A stretch of 64,000 nucleotides of DNA from Carcharhinus longimanus (Eukaryota): contig JASCQW010000133.1 in assembly GCA_030264375.1 (NCBI GenBank), forward strand, positions 16,892,386-16,956,385, written 5' to 3'. Below the pieces are notes generated by a model. The model ran no database searches. It was given only the letters and a program-made list of their open reading frames with translations, and was not told where the DNA came from. Positions 13,025 through 26,541 of this stretch are shown in pieces. The translations under genes and the position numbers were made by a program. Each line of letters opens with the position of its first letter. Positions within the stretch are counted from its first letter, which is position 1.

Positions 13025-13950
13025 GTTCGATTTGATTTGATTCAATTTATTATTTTAACATGTATGGGGTATAGTGAAAAGTATTGTTTCTTGTGTGCCA
13101 TGCAGACAAAACAAATCATTCATAGAAGACATAGGGGAGAAGGAAAGGGGAGGGTGCAGAATATAGTTTTGCAGTTACAGATAGTGTGAAGAGAAAGAAC
13201 AGCTTAATATATGATAGGACCATTCGAAAGTCTGATGACAGCAGGGAATGAACTGTTCCTGAGTCTGTCGTACATGTCCTCAGATGTTTGCATCTTTTTC
13301 CCAATGGAAGAAGATAGAAGAGAGTATATCTGGGGTGTTTGGGGTCCTTGATTATGCTAACTGCTTTCCCAAGGCAGCAGAAACTGTAGATGGAGTCCAT
13401 GGATGAGAGGCTAGTTTGCATAATGGAGTGGACTATGTTCACAACCCTTTGTAGTTTCTTGTGGTCTTGGTCAGAGCAGGAATGCATCCAGATAGGATGC
13501 TTTCTATAGTGCATCTGTAAACACTGGCAAGAGTTTTAGTGGAATACCGAATACCCTTAGCCTCCTGAGAAAGTAGAGGATTGGTGGGTTTTCTTAACTG
13601 TAGTGTCAGCATGGAGAGTCCAGGACACACCTTGAAACCTGAAGCTCTCGACCATCTCTACTTCATCACATTGATGTAGACAGGAGTATGCCCTCCATTA
13701 CATTTCTTGAAGTTGATGACTCCTATGTTTTACTGACATCGAGAGAGAGATTACTGTCATCGCACCATTTCACCAGATTCTTTATCTATTTACTATACTC
13801 CACTTCGTCGTCATTTGAGATCCAACCCACTACAGTGATGTCATCAGCAAACTTGAAAATGGAATTGGAGCAAAATTTGGTCACACAATCCTAAGTGTAT
13901 AAGGAGTATAGTAAGGTCTGAGGACATAGCCTTGCAGGAATCAGTACTCA
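13025..13950 (-). mobile_element. Rex1/Babar-type non-LTR retrotransposon 3' fragment
   Basis: Minus ORF pieces YRCTIESILSGCI, DHKKLQRVVN and KAVSIIKDPKHPRYTLFYLLPLGKR, with a (aatca)n-type tail. Confidence 0.8.
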
Positions 13951-14554
13951 TCAACGAATGATAGGAAATGGCTAAGATAGCATTTTAACATTAATTAAAC
14001 TGTGTTACATAGAATTACAACATATCTTCATGCCCCTTTACCCCCTAAATGCTCCTCATGCCTCTTCCCACTTTTATCCGTCCAGGTTGTTTTTCATCCT
14101 TCTCATGAGCAGACCTCAGGATGCTTTAAAATGGATATTAAAATAAACTTCAAACAATTTAAAGAGAGCTTTAGTTCAAACAGGCCATATATTGGAAAAG
14201 GTCTCCATCACAATTTTTTGTATATCTACAGAAACTTGTGCAATTATTCAAAGAAGCTCTAAGGAAACAAATTTTTTTGCACTGTTTATCTGGGATTTCT
14301 GCCAATCTTTCACCACAATAATGGCAGATCAGAGAAGCCCTGTGGAAATTCTCAATTTCCCACATATTTTCAAAGAAAAAAAACATCTTGCTTTTAGAGT
14401 CTGCAGATGTCAAAACAAAATTCACAAAGACATAACTTTTTTTATCAACAACAAGAGATTCATGTTAATAATTGACCATGTTCTTTCTGTGATATCTAAT
14501 TATTACACACTCCATTGCAATGCATTTCAAATTCTTTCAGATGAAATGTAAAAT

Positions 14555-14860
14555 CAAGATCCCGTCTCCCTTCCCAGGTGAATGTAAAAGATCCCATGGC
14601 ATGATTTTGAAGAATAGCATAGAAGTTCTCCCTGGTTTTGGGGCCAAATGTTTGTTCCTCAATAAACATCTTAAAAAATGAATTATCTAGTCATTATTGC
14701 ATTGTTGTGTGTGGGAGCTGTGCACAAATTGCCTGCTCTGTTTCCTATATTACAACAGTCACTACACTCCGAAAGTATTTCATTCACTGTAAAACACTTC
14801 GCAATGTCTGATGGTTTGTGAATAGCACAAGTGTATGAATGCAAGTATTTCATTTTCTTT
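14555..14860 (+). mobile_element. Deu-domain SINE (SacSINE1/AmnSINE1-related) 3' part
   Basis: tgtaaaagatcccatggca...attatctagtcattatt..cattgttgtgtgtgggagctgtgcacaaattg...ttacaacagtcactacact...aatgcaagt. Confidence 0.75.
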
Positions 14861-15231
14861 TTAATTGAAAACTTGTAACCAGCACAGTTGTTAGGATGTT
14901 GCATGGATGAAGCAAATGTGGGTCAGAAATCATTGTTAACATCTATGAAAGCACAGAGGCCCTAATACTCTAATATATATTACTATTATTTGACATTTGT
15001 CAGTCTGGTATCAAAATTAGATACTTTCTCAATAAGATTAGAAAATGTCAGAAAACATGAATAAGAAAGATATTGAGGGTAATTTTCTCTTTAGGAGCTA
15101 AAGAGCCTCACATGTGGTCAAGATGGAATCTTAAACCAAAATGGCTTAGTGCACCTTTGGTACAAGATGTCATCTTTGTAAAGATGGAAAGGTCATCCAA
15201 AGGATTGTTCAGGGGCTGATTGGTCTTTTGG

Positions 15232-15620
15232 AACCATAGAATGAAGACATCCAGCCCATCGAGTCTGCAACAACTGTCCAAAAGAACTCCCCACCCAAGA
15301 TCTCCCCCTTTTCCCTATGCCCATAACTTTGTGCATTTACCATGGCAACTCCATCTGATCTGCATATCTTTGGACACTATAGGGCAATTTAGCATGGGTA
15401 ATCCACCTAACCCACCCTTCTTTAGACACTAAGCGGCAATTTAGCATGGCCAATCCTGCGCATGTTTTGACTGTGGGAAGAAACCAGAGCACCCGTAGGA
15501 AGCCCATGCGGACAAGACATCTGCAAACTCCACACAGACTGTCACCAAAGGTTGGAATTGAATTCGGGTCCCTGGTGCTGTGAGGCAGCAGTGCTAAGCA
15601 ATGTGCCATCATGCCACCAA
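15232..15620 (-). mobile_element. HE1 V-SINE with internal duplication
   Basis: Reverse-complement HE1 in which the gacact...gcaatttagcatgg segment appears twice. Confidence 0.88.
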
Positions 15621-16484
15621 GCCTGCCAATCACTTGTTAATGGGCTGCACAGCATTTTAGTACATTTGGCATCCCCCCATAACACATCATCTGATTTGAA
15701 GTAAAATTGCAGAGGACTGCAAGTATCACTTAAAGGGAAATCACATTTGACTGTTCTCTTGCCTCTGGAGGTTTTGAAATATATCGGCAGGCATTCTGGG
15801 CCACATTGTCAAAACTTCTCCAGTACTATCTACGCTTATTCTGGAAATTCTCTGAGGGACCTACCTGAAAAGAATAAATGCTCCTGGTGTTACCCCTTCT
15901 CAATAAAAATCTTATCGGAATCAATCCACGGATAAAGGGAGTGCTTGACATTCAGCATCTTACCCAGAATCTCCCTTACCTTGTGTGTGCAATGGGAAGA
16001 CAACATGAGACTAGGCAGAGTAGCACCAGCAGCTGGAGGAATGAGGGACAGGAAGGTGAGGGGGCCTCCTTACCCCATGCAGATGCAGGGGATCCCATCT
16101 CTTCTGGACACTCTCCACCAGAATCTCTAGTGCCACATCTGAAAACTTGTGTTTTCCCTCACATGATCTGTGAGCTATTCTGAGATTTGCTACTATGTGA
16201 AAACCAGCAGACTCCATGCCTTCTGTGGAAGTAGGTGCGTAGAAACTACTTACATTACTGCACAAAAATCTAATTAGTGTTTGAATGCCAAATCTCTCTC
16301 TGTTTTAACACCTCCAGGCAAATTGAAATTATGTTGATCAGTAATTAGAATGAAAATTACGCGTTAAAACCAGTCTTTCAAACAGTTGTGTCTTAGCATG
16401 ACATAGCATTCATTTAGCCCCTATCGCTACCCTTTCACAAAATGACCTGAGACAACATTTCTTCAGAGCTTGTCCATACAAAGA

Positions 16485-17250
16485 TAGAAACATGAAAATT
16501 AGGATCAGGAAGAGACCGTTCAGCCCCACAAGGCTGCCTCACCATTCAATAAGATCGCAATTGTCGACTCAGCTCCACATTCCCATCTAACCCTAATAGC
16601 CTTTGATGCAGTTATAAATCAAGAATCTATCTCCCTCTGCTTTAAAAACATGCATTGACCTACCTCCACCTACCTACTTCAATGCTGAGTGAGGAAGAAA
16701 GGTCCAAAGATTCAAGACCCTTAGAGAGAAAGAAATTTCTTCTCATCTCCATCTTAAAAGGGAGATCCTATATTTTTAAAATGTGTCCTCTAGCTCTAGT
16801 CCCTACCGGGTGGGGGGGGGGGGGTGGAGGGGGTGGAATCATCCTGTCAGCATCCATCTGTCAAGTCGGCTCAGGATCTTGTATGTTTCAGTAAGATCAT
16901 ACAATCATAAAATCTCTACAGTGCAGAAGGAGGCCATTTGGTCCATCATGAGTGCATTGACTCTCTGACAGGCCCGCCCCCTGCCCTAACCCTGCAGCCC
17001 CACACATTTACCCTGTCAATTCTCCTAACCAACACATCTTAGTACACTAAGGGGCAATTCAGCATGGCCAAACCACCTAATCTGCACATCTTTGAATCAC
17101 CTCTCAATTTTCTAAGCTGGATGGGCACAGGCCCAGCCTGTCCAAGCTGTCCTTGTAAGTTAACTCCCTTCCCCCTTCTCAGGTATTTGTTGAATGAACC
17201 TTTTCTGAACCACTTCTACAGCTTTTACATCTTTTCCTTAAACAAGGAGN
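16485..17250 (-). mobile_element. CR1 3' fragment with a nested HE1 tail (about 16896-17095)
   Basis: ccattcaataagatc...gaaatttcttctcatctcc; inserted cagtgcagaaggaggccatttggtccatc...gcatggccaaaccacctaatctgcacatctttg. Confidence 0.8.
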
Positions 17251-18397
17251 NNNNNNNNNCCTACATTATATTTAATCTTCCAAATTTCATCCTTGCTTAA
17301 CCTATCTACATGTATCCTTTTCAGATTCCTGATGGCTTTTCCATAACTCACTTTGTTACCTATCTCTCTATCATCAGCAAATGTATCAACATTTGATCCC
17401 TTCATCCAACTGCAAATTTTCAGCTACAAATTTGCACCATAAACAAGCCATTGCTCCAAGGATTCTGTTAATTTTATGCCAAAGTTACAGTTGGAGAGAG
17501 CAGAGATGCACTGCAGAAGTTTTAATCCTTAGCTATATTAAAAAAGAAATTACACAGAGCAATCAGAAAATAGAGTTCGGAGTTCCAGCGAACTGAATCC
17601 CATTTATGTTGCATCACTGTTTTTTGTCTCAGAAATGCTCTATTTGATAGTTAACCCTGTACGTGCCCAGACAAATGAACGCACAGAGCTATTTTGCAAA
17701 GGTTAAATAATATAATGTTTAGCAACGGTAGAGGGAAATCCTTTCTGAACATTTAAATTAAAATCAGGTGTTTTTGCCAGAGACCAGCACCAACAGACCC
17801 ATAAGCACTTTGAAGCCAGGTTTGATAAGGCAATGGATTTACACTGCATGTAATGTCAATGTAAATTGTGTGACTGGATCCTCATCAGTAATTATCTCAC
17901 TACTTCACTTTAGAGTCAGATTAGCTCCTGAGTTCAGACTTACTCAGCATGTTTAACATTCGTTTGGAGTGGAAACTGCTTCACACAAATGTAAAAACGG
18001 CTGTGTAAATTATTCCTAAAGTAATCCTCGTACGGAAGTATATTCTTGATGTCAAAGAAAGCAGAAAGTTATAAGGAAGAGACAGGAAGAATGAAGAATA
18101 GAGAAGCTTAAAACAAAGAAAGTATTTATCTTGGATGTTTAATCTTACCAATTAATGCAATGTCTAACACTGATTCAATCTTAAATATTAAACTTACACT
18201 GATTTTTGATAAGATTATTTATATGTTTGGACACTTATGAATTAATTAGTAGCAGGTTTACTTTGCATTGAATGAAAGAAAGTCTTTCCAGCCATTACAG
18301 ATGCTGAGATTTTATTTGTATTGCATTAACAAATAATTCAGTAGGATGGGGAGTATTTTCCTTGTGTTAATCAGATCAGTGATACTAATAATAAACA

Positions 18398-19333
18398 GGG
18401 ACAGATCTTTATGAAAAAAAATTGAAGTGTCCAGCTAGTTTGAAAATGGGGGAGTTGGAGATCCATTTTTGGGCAAGTCTTTACTCCCAATCTTACGCAC
18501 CAAGTGCATGAAAAAATGGGCTAGACTGTTTCTGGCTATTAGAGACAGTGGGTGGGGCTTAACTCGCCCGCCACCTTGATCAAAAGGGAGCTATTGCACA
18601 TATGCAGACCTCTGTGGCTGCCCATGCATGATTATAGCAGGAGGGGCCTGACAGAGAGTGAGAGAGAGCTGTCAGGCCTCTGCTGTTGCAGCCAGCCTCA
18701 GCCCAGCCCCTCCTCCCCTGCCATAATCATGCTGGCCAGCAGTCGATCACAAGCCACACACCGCTGGAAAATATCGTTCTGCCACCGCCACCCAGACTGA
18801 TTGCAATCTCTTCTCTCCACCAACCACAGATAAAGCGGCAGCAGGCACCACCTTCCCCTCACCCACAATCTCTGGTTAAATGTGCAGCGGACCGCCCTCC
18901 CCCCCATCAATCACATGCAGAGTGGCAACAGGTCCCCCTCCGTCTCCAATTGTTCCTGGCTGCACCATGGTCTGGCCTCACTCCTTCAGGCTGAGCACTG
19001 CCAGGGTGTCCAGTAAGCATTGCCAAGATGCCAGTTTGGCAATGCCCAAGGAACACCCCTCCTTAACCTTGACGTCCCCAGGGGGTCTCAATGGTCTCTG
19101 GTTCTACTGGAGAGGGTAACATGACTGTTCCCCATTCATGGGGAGCAGGTGTTTTCCTCACCACAGAGAACCTCTCCCAGAGAGGCCACAAAGGCAAACG
19201 AGCCCAGGCTATTGCGCCCTGAGCTCGTAATGCTATGTAAATTAGCATGATCCTGATTGCTCAGCTTTAATGTGATTCTACCTGCTCGCTCTGTCCGTGG
19301 ATGGGTGGGGTGAGCCGGTAAAATCATGGCCAT
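18398..19333. mobile_element. Putative non-autonomous TIR DNA transposon (GC-rich, Harbinger-like)
   Basis: Loosely inverted ends (gggacagatcttt / taaaatcatggccc). Internal gcactgccaggg...ttgcc motifs are shared with 32680-33432. Confidence 0.4.
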
Positions 19334-19354
19334 TATTTTTTCCAGGTCACATAT

Positions 19355-21660
19355 TCTCAGAATTGATGCAGTGCAGAAGGAGGATATTCAGTCCATCATG
19401 TCTGCACCAGCTCTCCACATGAGCAATTCGCATAGTGTCATTCTCTCACCTTTCCCTCTAACCATGCACAGTCTTCCTTCTCAGTGAATTGTCTTACTCC
19501 CTTTTGAATGCCTCCATCACACTGTCAGGCAGTGCAGTCCCGACCCTAACCGCTCGCTGTGTGAAGAAAGATTTTTCTCATATCACTTTTGCTTCTTTTG
19601 CCAATGATATTAAATCTGTGTCTTCTTGTTCTTGGCCCTTTTCATGAATGGGAACAGTTTCTCCCTACCTATTCTCTCCACACCCCTCATGATTTTGAAT
19701 ACCTCTATAAAATCTCCTCTCAACTTGTCTCCAAGGAAAACAGTTCTAACTTTTCTAATCTATNNNNNNNNNNNNNNNNNNNNNNNNNNNNNNNNNNNNN
19801 NNNNNNNNNNNNNNNNNNNNNNNNNNNNNNNNNNNNNNNNNNNNNNNNNNNNNNNNNNNNNNNGAAAACAGTTCTAACTTTTCTAATCTATCTTCATACC
19901 TGAAATTCCTCATCCCTGGAATCATCCCTGTAAATCTTTTCTGCACTCTCTCCAATGCCTTCACCTCCTTCCTCAAATGTGATACTCAGAACTGGGCACA
20001 GTACTCCAGCTGAGGCTGAGCCAGTGTCCTGTACAAGTTAAACATAACTCTTTGCTTTGCACTCAATGTCCCTATTTATAAATCCTAGGATTCTGTGAGC
20101 TTTATTAGCAGCTCTCTCAATCTGTCCTGCATCATTCAATGCCTCTGCTCTGCACCCCTTTAAACTTGTACCTTTATTTTATACAAGTTCTTTGTATCAA
20201 AATGAATCATCTCACATTTCTCCATGTTGAACTTCATTTACCACATCAGTCAATTCCACCAATGTGTCTATGTTCTCTTATACACAATCCTCCTCATAGT
20301 TCACAATGCTTTCAAGTTTCATATCATCTCCAAATTTTGAAGTTCTGTCTTGTGCATCAAGGTCCAGATTATCCATATCAGGAAAAACAAGAGTCCCAAC
20401 ATAGACCCCCTAGGGAACTCCACTACAACCCTTCCTCCAGCCCAAAAAACATTCATTAACTCTGCTCACCATTTCCTGTCACTCAGCCAATTTTGCTTCT
20501 TTTTCTTTTCTTCCATAAGCTATAACTTTGCTTACTTTCTGTTGTGTGACACTTTTTGGAAGTGTGACACTGCATCAGCTGCATTGCCCTTATCAACCCT
20601 CTTCTTACCTCTTCAGAAAACTCCAACAAAGTAGTCAAACATAATTTTCCCTTCAGAAATCTATACTGATTTTCCCTAAACAACCTGCATTTGTCCAGAT
20701 GACTATTAATTTTGTCCCAAATTATTGTTTTTGAAACATACGCCAGGACTGAAGTTAAACTGAATGGCCTATAGTTGCTGAACCTATTTTTACAAGGATG
20801 TAATGTTTGCAATTCTCCAGACCTCTGGGACCACTGCTGAATGTAGTGTAGACTGAAACATTATGCCCAGTACTTTTGCAATTTCCACTCTCACTTCCCT
20901 CAGTATCATTGGGTGTATTTCATCTACTCCTGCTGCACTATCAACTTTAAATACAGAGTTCCTATCTGATATCTCCTCCATAGATATGTGGATTAGGTGG
21001 ATTGGCCATGCTAAATTAGTCCTTAGTGTCCAAAGATATGCAGGTTAGGGGGATTAGTGGGATAAATGTGCAGGGTTACAGTGATAGGGCAGAAGATGTG
21101 CCTGGGTAAGATGCTCTGTCAGAGAGTTGGTGCCAATTCAATGGGCTGAATGGCCTCATTTTCCACTGTAGGAATTCTATGATTCTTATGATTCATATCA
21201 ATCTCAAACCCTCCTACTGTCTGAATTGCCTCCTCTTTCACCATAGCCTGGATAGCATCTTCTTTCTGGTAAAAACAGATGCAAAGTATTCATTCAGTAC
21301 TTTAGCTAATACTCTTCCTCCATGTGTAAATCCCCTTTTTGATCCTAAATCAGCCCTACTCCCTTTTACCGCTCAACTCCCACAAGCTTTAGGATTCCCT
21401 TTTATGTTAGCTGTGGTCTCTTTTCGTATACCCTTTTTGCTTCTCTTATTTGCTTTTCCACTTCCCTTTGAACCTTTCATATTCAGCTCAGTTTTCAACT
21501 GTTTTCTACCTAAGATCTGTCATAAGCACATTTTATCTTCATAATCTTTACTTCTGTTTCTTTTGTCATCCAGGGAGCTCTGGATTTGTTTGCCCTATCT
21601 TTTCACTTCCAAGTGAACATACTTTGACACTGGCTGAACTATCTGTACTGTGAAGGTAAA
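19355..21660 (-). mobile_element. CR1 LINE fragment(s) spanning the RT domain, with an HE1 half at about 20982-21190 (+)
   Basis: Minus ORFs RKEVKALERVQKRFTGMIPG, NYRPFSLTSVLAYVSKTII...CLTTLLEF and AGVDEIHPMILREV. Confidence 0.9.
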
Positions 21661-21769
21661 CCTCTGTCCAGTTAATTTCACGTACATTTGCACCTTGCTC
21701 TTCCAAGTAAACCACAAGATAAACTCAGTCTATTTTTTTCTCTTCTACGCCCATTGCAAATAATTTTCA

Positions 21770-22620
21770 TCAGTGTGTGGACACCACATTCCAGATCTTA
21801 ACCAATCGCTATGTGAAATGTTTGTCTTCTTGTCTCTACAGGTTATTTTACCATTTTTCTTAAATCTGTGCCCTCTGGTTTTTGGTTCATCCACCAATGG
21901 GAACAGTTTCTCCCTATCTACTCCATCTGGACCTGTTCCTGATTTTGAATATCTCTATCAAATCTCCTCTCAACCTTCACTTCTCCAAAGAGAACAGTCC
22001 AAAATTCTCAAATCCTTCTACAGAATGGTATTTACCTGGAGCCATTCCCCTGAGTCTTTTCTTCACCCTCTCTAATGCCTTCACATCCTTCCTGAAGTGT
22101 GGTGCCCAGAACTGGATGCAGTGCTCCAGTTGAGGTTGAACCAGTGTTTTGTACGGGTTTAAGATAACTTCCTTGCTTTTGTCCTTTATACCTCGATTCA
22201 TAAAGCCCAGAATGCTGTATGCTTTAGTGACCACTCTCTCAACTTGTCCTGCCACTCTCAGTGATCTGTAAACAAATGCAGTCCCTCCGTTTCTGCACCC
22301 TCTTTTAGAATTGGATCTTTTATCTTATATTGTGTCTCCCGCCAAAATGAATTGCTTCACCTGTCTCTGAATTAAATTTCATCTGCCGTTTGTTTGCTCA
22401 TGCCTGCTCATGCCCCAGTTGAGGTTGAATAATATCCTCACCAGTTCACAATGCTTCCCAGTTTTGAATTGCTCACAAGTGTTGAATTTGTGCCCTGGAC
22501 ACCAAGGTCTAGGTCAAAAAGCAAGGGTCCGAACACCGACCAATGTGGAACGCTACCACAAACATTCCTCCTGATCAAAAAAGCAAACTAAGCCCACGAC
22601 GCTCTGTTTTCTGTCACTTA
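21770..22620 (-). mobile_element. Second CR1 LINE fragment
   Basis: Minus ORF YKTLVQPQLEHCIQFWAPHFRKDVKALERV...GLFSLEK. Confidence 0.9.
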
Positions 22621-24449
22621 GCATTGATGCACTAGTGACAGTGTTTATTCCAGGCGCGAATGAGCACCTCACTAGATTTAACTTAAATTCAGAATAAAAC
22701 TTCTAAAGAGAGTTTGCCTATTGTTGCCACGGGCGTCTGTTTTCGAATAGTTGATGTCCGAGGTTTACTTTGTTGTGGTCCTTTAGTGTGTTTGCATGGT
22801 GTGACAGGATTACCTTGTTGAACGAGCATGCTGTTGCGGATCTTGCACCGTTTACTCTGCGATTTGTAGATTTACATGAGATTTAAAGTCAACTGTGGAA
22901 TTTAAAAGATTCAACTATTTTAGATAAATTCCGCGTTGCTAGATGCTAACACAGAAGCTGGATTTAATCAATCATTAAATTAACCTGGTTTGCTGCTGGT
23001 ACTCAGAATAACCCACCGAACAAATCCGCAGAACTCCGCCAAATAAGCATGAAACTGACAATTCCACAAAGGGTTGGCGGCGAAATTTGCCATAATTTAC
23101 GACGCAGTTGCAAGCTTAAAATTGGCTCAATTTCAGTTCTGCTTTGTGATATATAAATCGTTCACTAAGCCCCCCAAAACTGGGGCTAATTATTTGCCCC
23201 TAGTTACCGACCAGGTTACTTGATCAATTCAAAATAACATTTTAAATCCTACCAACCCATTCAAATAATCCGTGTACATCACAGTCAGACTGTACCCGTG
23301 GTGTGAATCCCGGGCTGTTGGGGGGGGGGGGGGGGNNNNNNNNNNCCCCGCCCCCCACCTCTAGAGTTAGTATTCCTTCACTGTTAGAAACCTATACTGC
23401 GTTATAAATTTACAGTGCTGTCGTTGGATTTTTACTGCTAATGGGGTTGGCAGTTGAGTGGCTGGTTAGTAATCAGGCTGCCTTTTGTTTATTGCAGCTA
23501 CTAAACTTTTATATGAATTTAATATCCAGAGGTTTGGAAATTATACTGTTACTTTTGTTTTAAGGTCTGATCTCCAGGTGAAAGTTATTTCTATAAACAC
23601 AGGGGTGCCACGATGCTCAGAACCTGAACAATACAGCAGAGGTCATTGGCGTAAAGTTGTTCTGATTCTGATCCCTGGTGGGGAATACAACACAACTCGT
23701 TATACACACAAACACACAGAGATTCCATGACAACAGGTTATTGACTACAGAGTTTTATGACCCGAGGCAGAGGTAAAACCTCATGAAGGCGATATACATC
23801 TTTACAGTGTTTCTTTTAAAGTTTTTTTAAATTAATAAACAGTATTAGACCAGGCGTGGAAAACTTTGACGAGGGCATAAAATTCCCCTCAAATCCTTCG
23901 CACATTTAACAACAACAATAAAAAACAACGTTAGCATCATTGTCAACTCACTTCAATGAGTTTCACAGTTTAACAGGAAGATTGTAATCATAATATTTTC
24001 CCAGGGAAATTAAATGTTGACGATTCCACCGCTTCACTCCACATCCTTAATACACTACAATGCTGAAAATCACATATTATTAGCGGTAAATTTAGGGTGT
24101 GGAGAAACGAAGGATTCAGAGAGGATTTCAATTCGGATCGTTAGGTGCTTGGATTCGAATCGATGCGACCCATTTGAGGATAAGTCCTTTTACTGTCGTA
24201 AACGGATGCATTCGTGTGCGGATTTGAAAATATCCTTTCTCAATTCGGAATGGAAACTGTATAATAAATGGTGCGAATCTCTAATTGTGAGAGCGTAGTT
24301 TCCTGAAAAGACAGAAGGAGGAAATTGAAAAGAGTAGTCTTTTCTACTAAGTGACTGTCCGTGAGCTACATTCCTGTCCTCGTTAAGACAAGATGTGTAT
24401 ATAGAGGAGCAATTCTCCTTGGGAGCCCTTTCTTCGGATGTTTGTATGC

Positions 24450-24690
24450 TGTATATAGCATACAAACATTATATAGAATTACATTATTTGATATAATATT
24501 TCAATTTTCATGTATACTCCAGAATATATATACCATATATTTTAGCACATATAACTATATATTATGTATACACATATGTAGAAATGCTATATGTATATAC
24601 AGTATGTATATAATAATATATATACTATATTATATCATATACTATATATTATTTTACAAAATATATGTATTTTTATATGTACTATATATG
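24450..24690. repeat. Degenerate (TA)n low-complexity tract
   Basis: tatata-rich run visible directly. Confidence 0.9.
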
Positions 24691-25796
24691 GTAACTCTTA
24701 GCCATTTGGAAGGATTCTCATTTCTCACGATCGAATATAGAATTTGAAAGACAGTTTCAAAACTTTCAAAGGAAATAATAATTCTTTTGTAATTAAAGTG
24801 GATTCCCGGGCCTCTAACTAAACACCATAAGAATGCTTTTGAATTGGAAAACACGCCATGCACTTTCCGCAACAATTCTTTCCAATTCAAATCACAGAGC
24901 GGGCTTTCCAGAATAAACCATCCTATAGCAATATTGCTCAAACCAAGCCGAAGGATCCTGCATCCAAACTAAAATCGCCCACCGACGCTTCCTGATGGCA
25001 TGTAGACCATCAAGCTGCAATCCCGTTGAGTGTCCGGACCAGGCCCGAGGGGCGGAATGTCTGCCTCTTGTTTTGAATGTTTCTGTGCTGTGGGTGCTGC
25101 TGGTAAATACTGCCCTGCTTCCTACCCACCGGGAGCACGTTTAAAGTGAAGCTGGTGAGGTGGGGTGGGGGGAGAGGGGGCGTGGAATGTGGGGGGGGGG
25201 GGCGGTTGCGGGGGTGATAGATTCGGCCACAATTCCTTCTGAAATTTTAAAAGGCGCCCTTCAGCTGAAATTTGTGTTACCTGCTGCCTATAAATCGCCT
25301 TTGTTTTGCGAGCGGCGATTGCCTGGGGCACAGTTTTCGTCAGAATCTTGCACACCAGTTTTTGACACCAGTTTAAACTTCACTGTCATGGCAGCAATCG
25401 TAGACTGGCTGGAGAGAATTGCTGCCAGAAATGCTGCCGGGGTGATTCTTGGCCAAGTCACTGTCCTAATGCATGATTGGGAGAATTAGTCGTCACTGCA
25501 TTTGTAAGATTGCCTCCTTCCTCCACAACTTTTGTTTTAGATATGTATGTCGTTGTTGTTTGATAGGCTGATGTTTAGGGAAATCAGCTACGAGGGGAAA
25601 CTGCCTTGTTCAGAGAGTGGGACTGTATCGTGTTCAATGCGGATTTTGATTCAGCTTTGTGCCAACTCCTCCCAAGACCTCCTGCTGCCAGGCACTCACC
25701 AATGCGAGGTATCTTTCAATCTATCCTTATAACCAGTAAGACCGATATTCAAGCACCATGAATAGAATTCAGTTGTTTCCTTGAGCAGTATGAAGA

Positions 25797-25875
25797 CACA
25801 GTAAGAAGTCTCACAACACCAGGTTACAGTCCAACCAATTTACTCTAACCTGGTGCTGTGAGACTTCTTACTGTG
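25797..25875. repeat. 30-bp inverted repeat (internally deleted Penelope-like palindromic element)
   Basis: CACAGTAAGAAGTCTCACAACACCAGGTTA / TAACCTGGTGCTGTGAGACTTCTTACTGTG, one mismatch, 19-nt loop. Same family as 62194-62402. Confidence 0.85.
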
Positions 25876-26227
25876 GTTACCCCAGACAACGCCGGCAACT
25901 CCACACAGTGTGAAAACAGACAGTACAGGCAAGTTTGAAACGAGCTTATACATAAATCGATAAGATATCCCGGTACAGCTTTGGCCACATTGCCAACAGG
26001 CAGTGTGGGTTCATTGAAATTGCACATCGTTCAGTTTCGGGCGTGGGTTTTGTTGTTCAGTCCTCCTCTCTCGAAACTTCATCCGACTGTCACTATCTTG
26101 TTCTGTGGCCACATCTGCTTCCGGTTACCGTCCTCAATGTGAGCCAGGAGTAATGTTCGCCTGCTTTCCTATTCTGCTCACGGGCAGCGCTCGAGTTAGC
26201 AACTTAGCGTTCGTCCCACCTTTGTTT

Positions 26228-26541
26228 AAGTTTATTCGTTAGTGTCACAAGTAGGCTTACATTAACACAGCAATGAAGAGACGTATAAGATGATGAATGG
26301 GATGGATAGGATAGAGGTGGAGAGACTCTTCCCGCTCAGNNNNNNNNNNNNNNNNNNNNNNNNNNNNNNNNNNNNNNNNNNNNNNNNNNNNNNNNNNNNN
26401 NNNNNNNNNNNNNNNNNNNNNNNNNNNNNNNNNNNNNNNTGATCTTATTGAATGGCGGGGCAGGCTCGAAGGGCTAGTTGGCCTATTCCTGCTCCTATTT
26501 CTTATGTTCTTATGTTCTTACTGTGAAAATCCCCTAATCGC
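26228..26541. mobile_element. Minus-strand SINE tail split by a plus-strand CR1 3' fragment (26279-26517)
   Basis: gtcacaagtaggcttacattaacacagcaatgaag | CR1 ...cttatgttcttatgttc | ttactgtgaaaatccccta. Confidence 0.8.

Noticed and set aside
15945-16183. Possible Harbinger transposase N-terminal remnant (GPPYP...SLLD)
   Set aside because: The similarity is too weak to support by eye.
19735-19891. Identical ~28-bp sequence on both sides of an N-gap
   Set aside because: This is most likely a contig-overlap assembly artefact within a CR1, not a real duplication.
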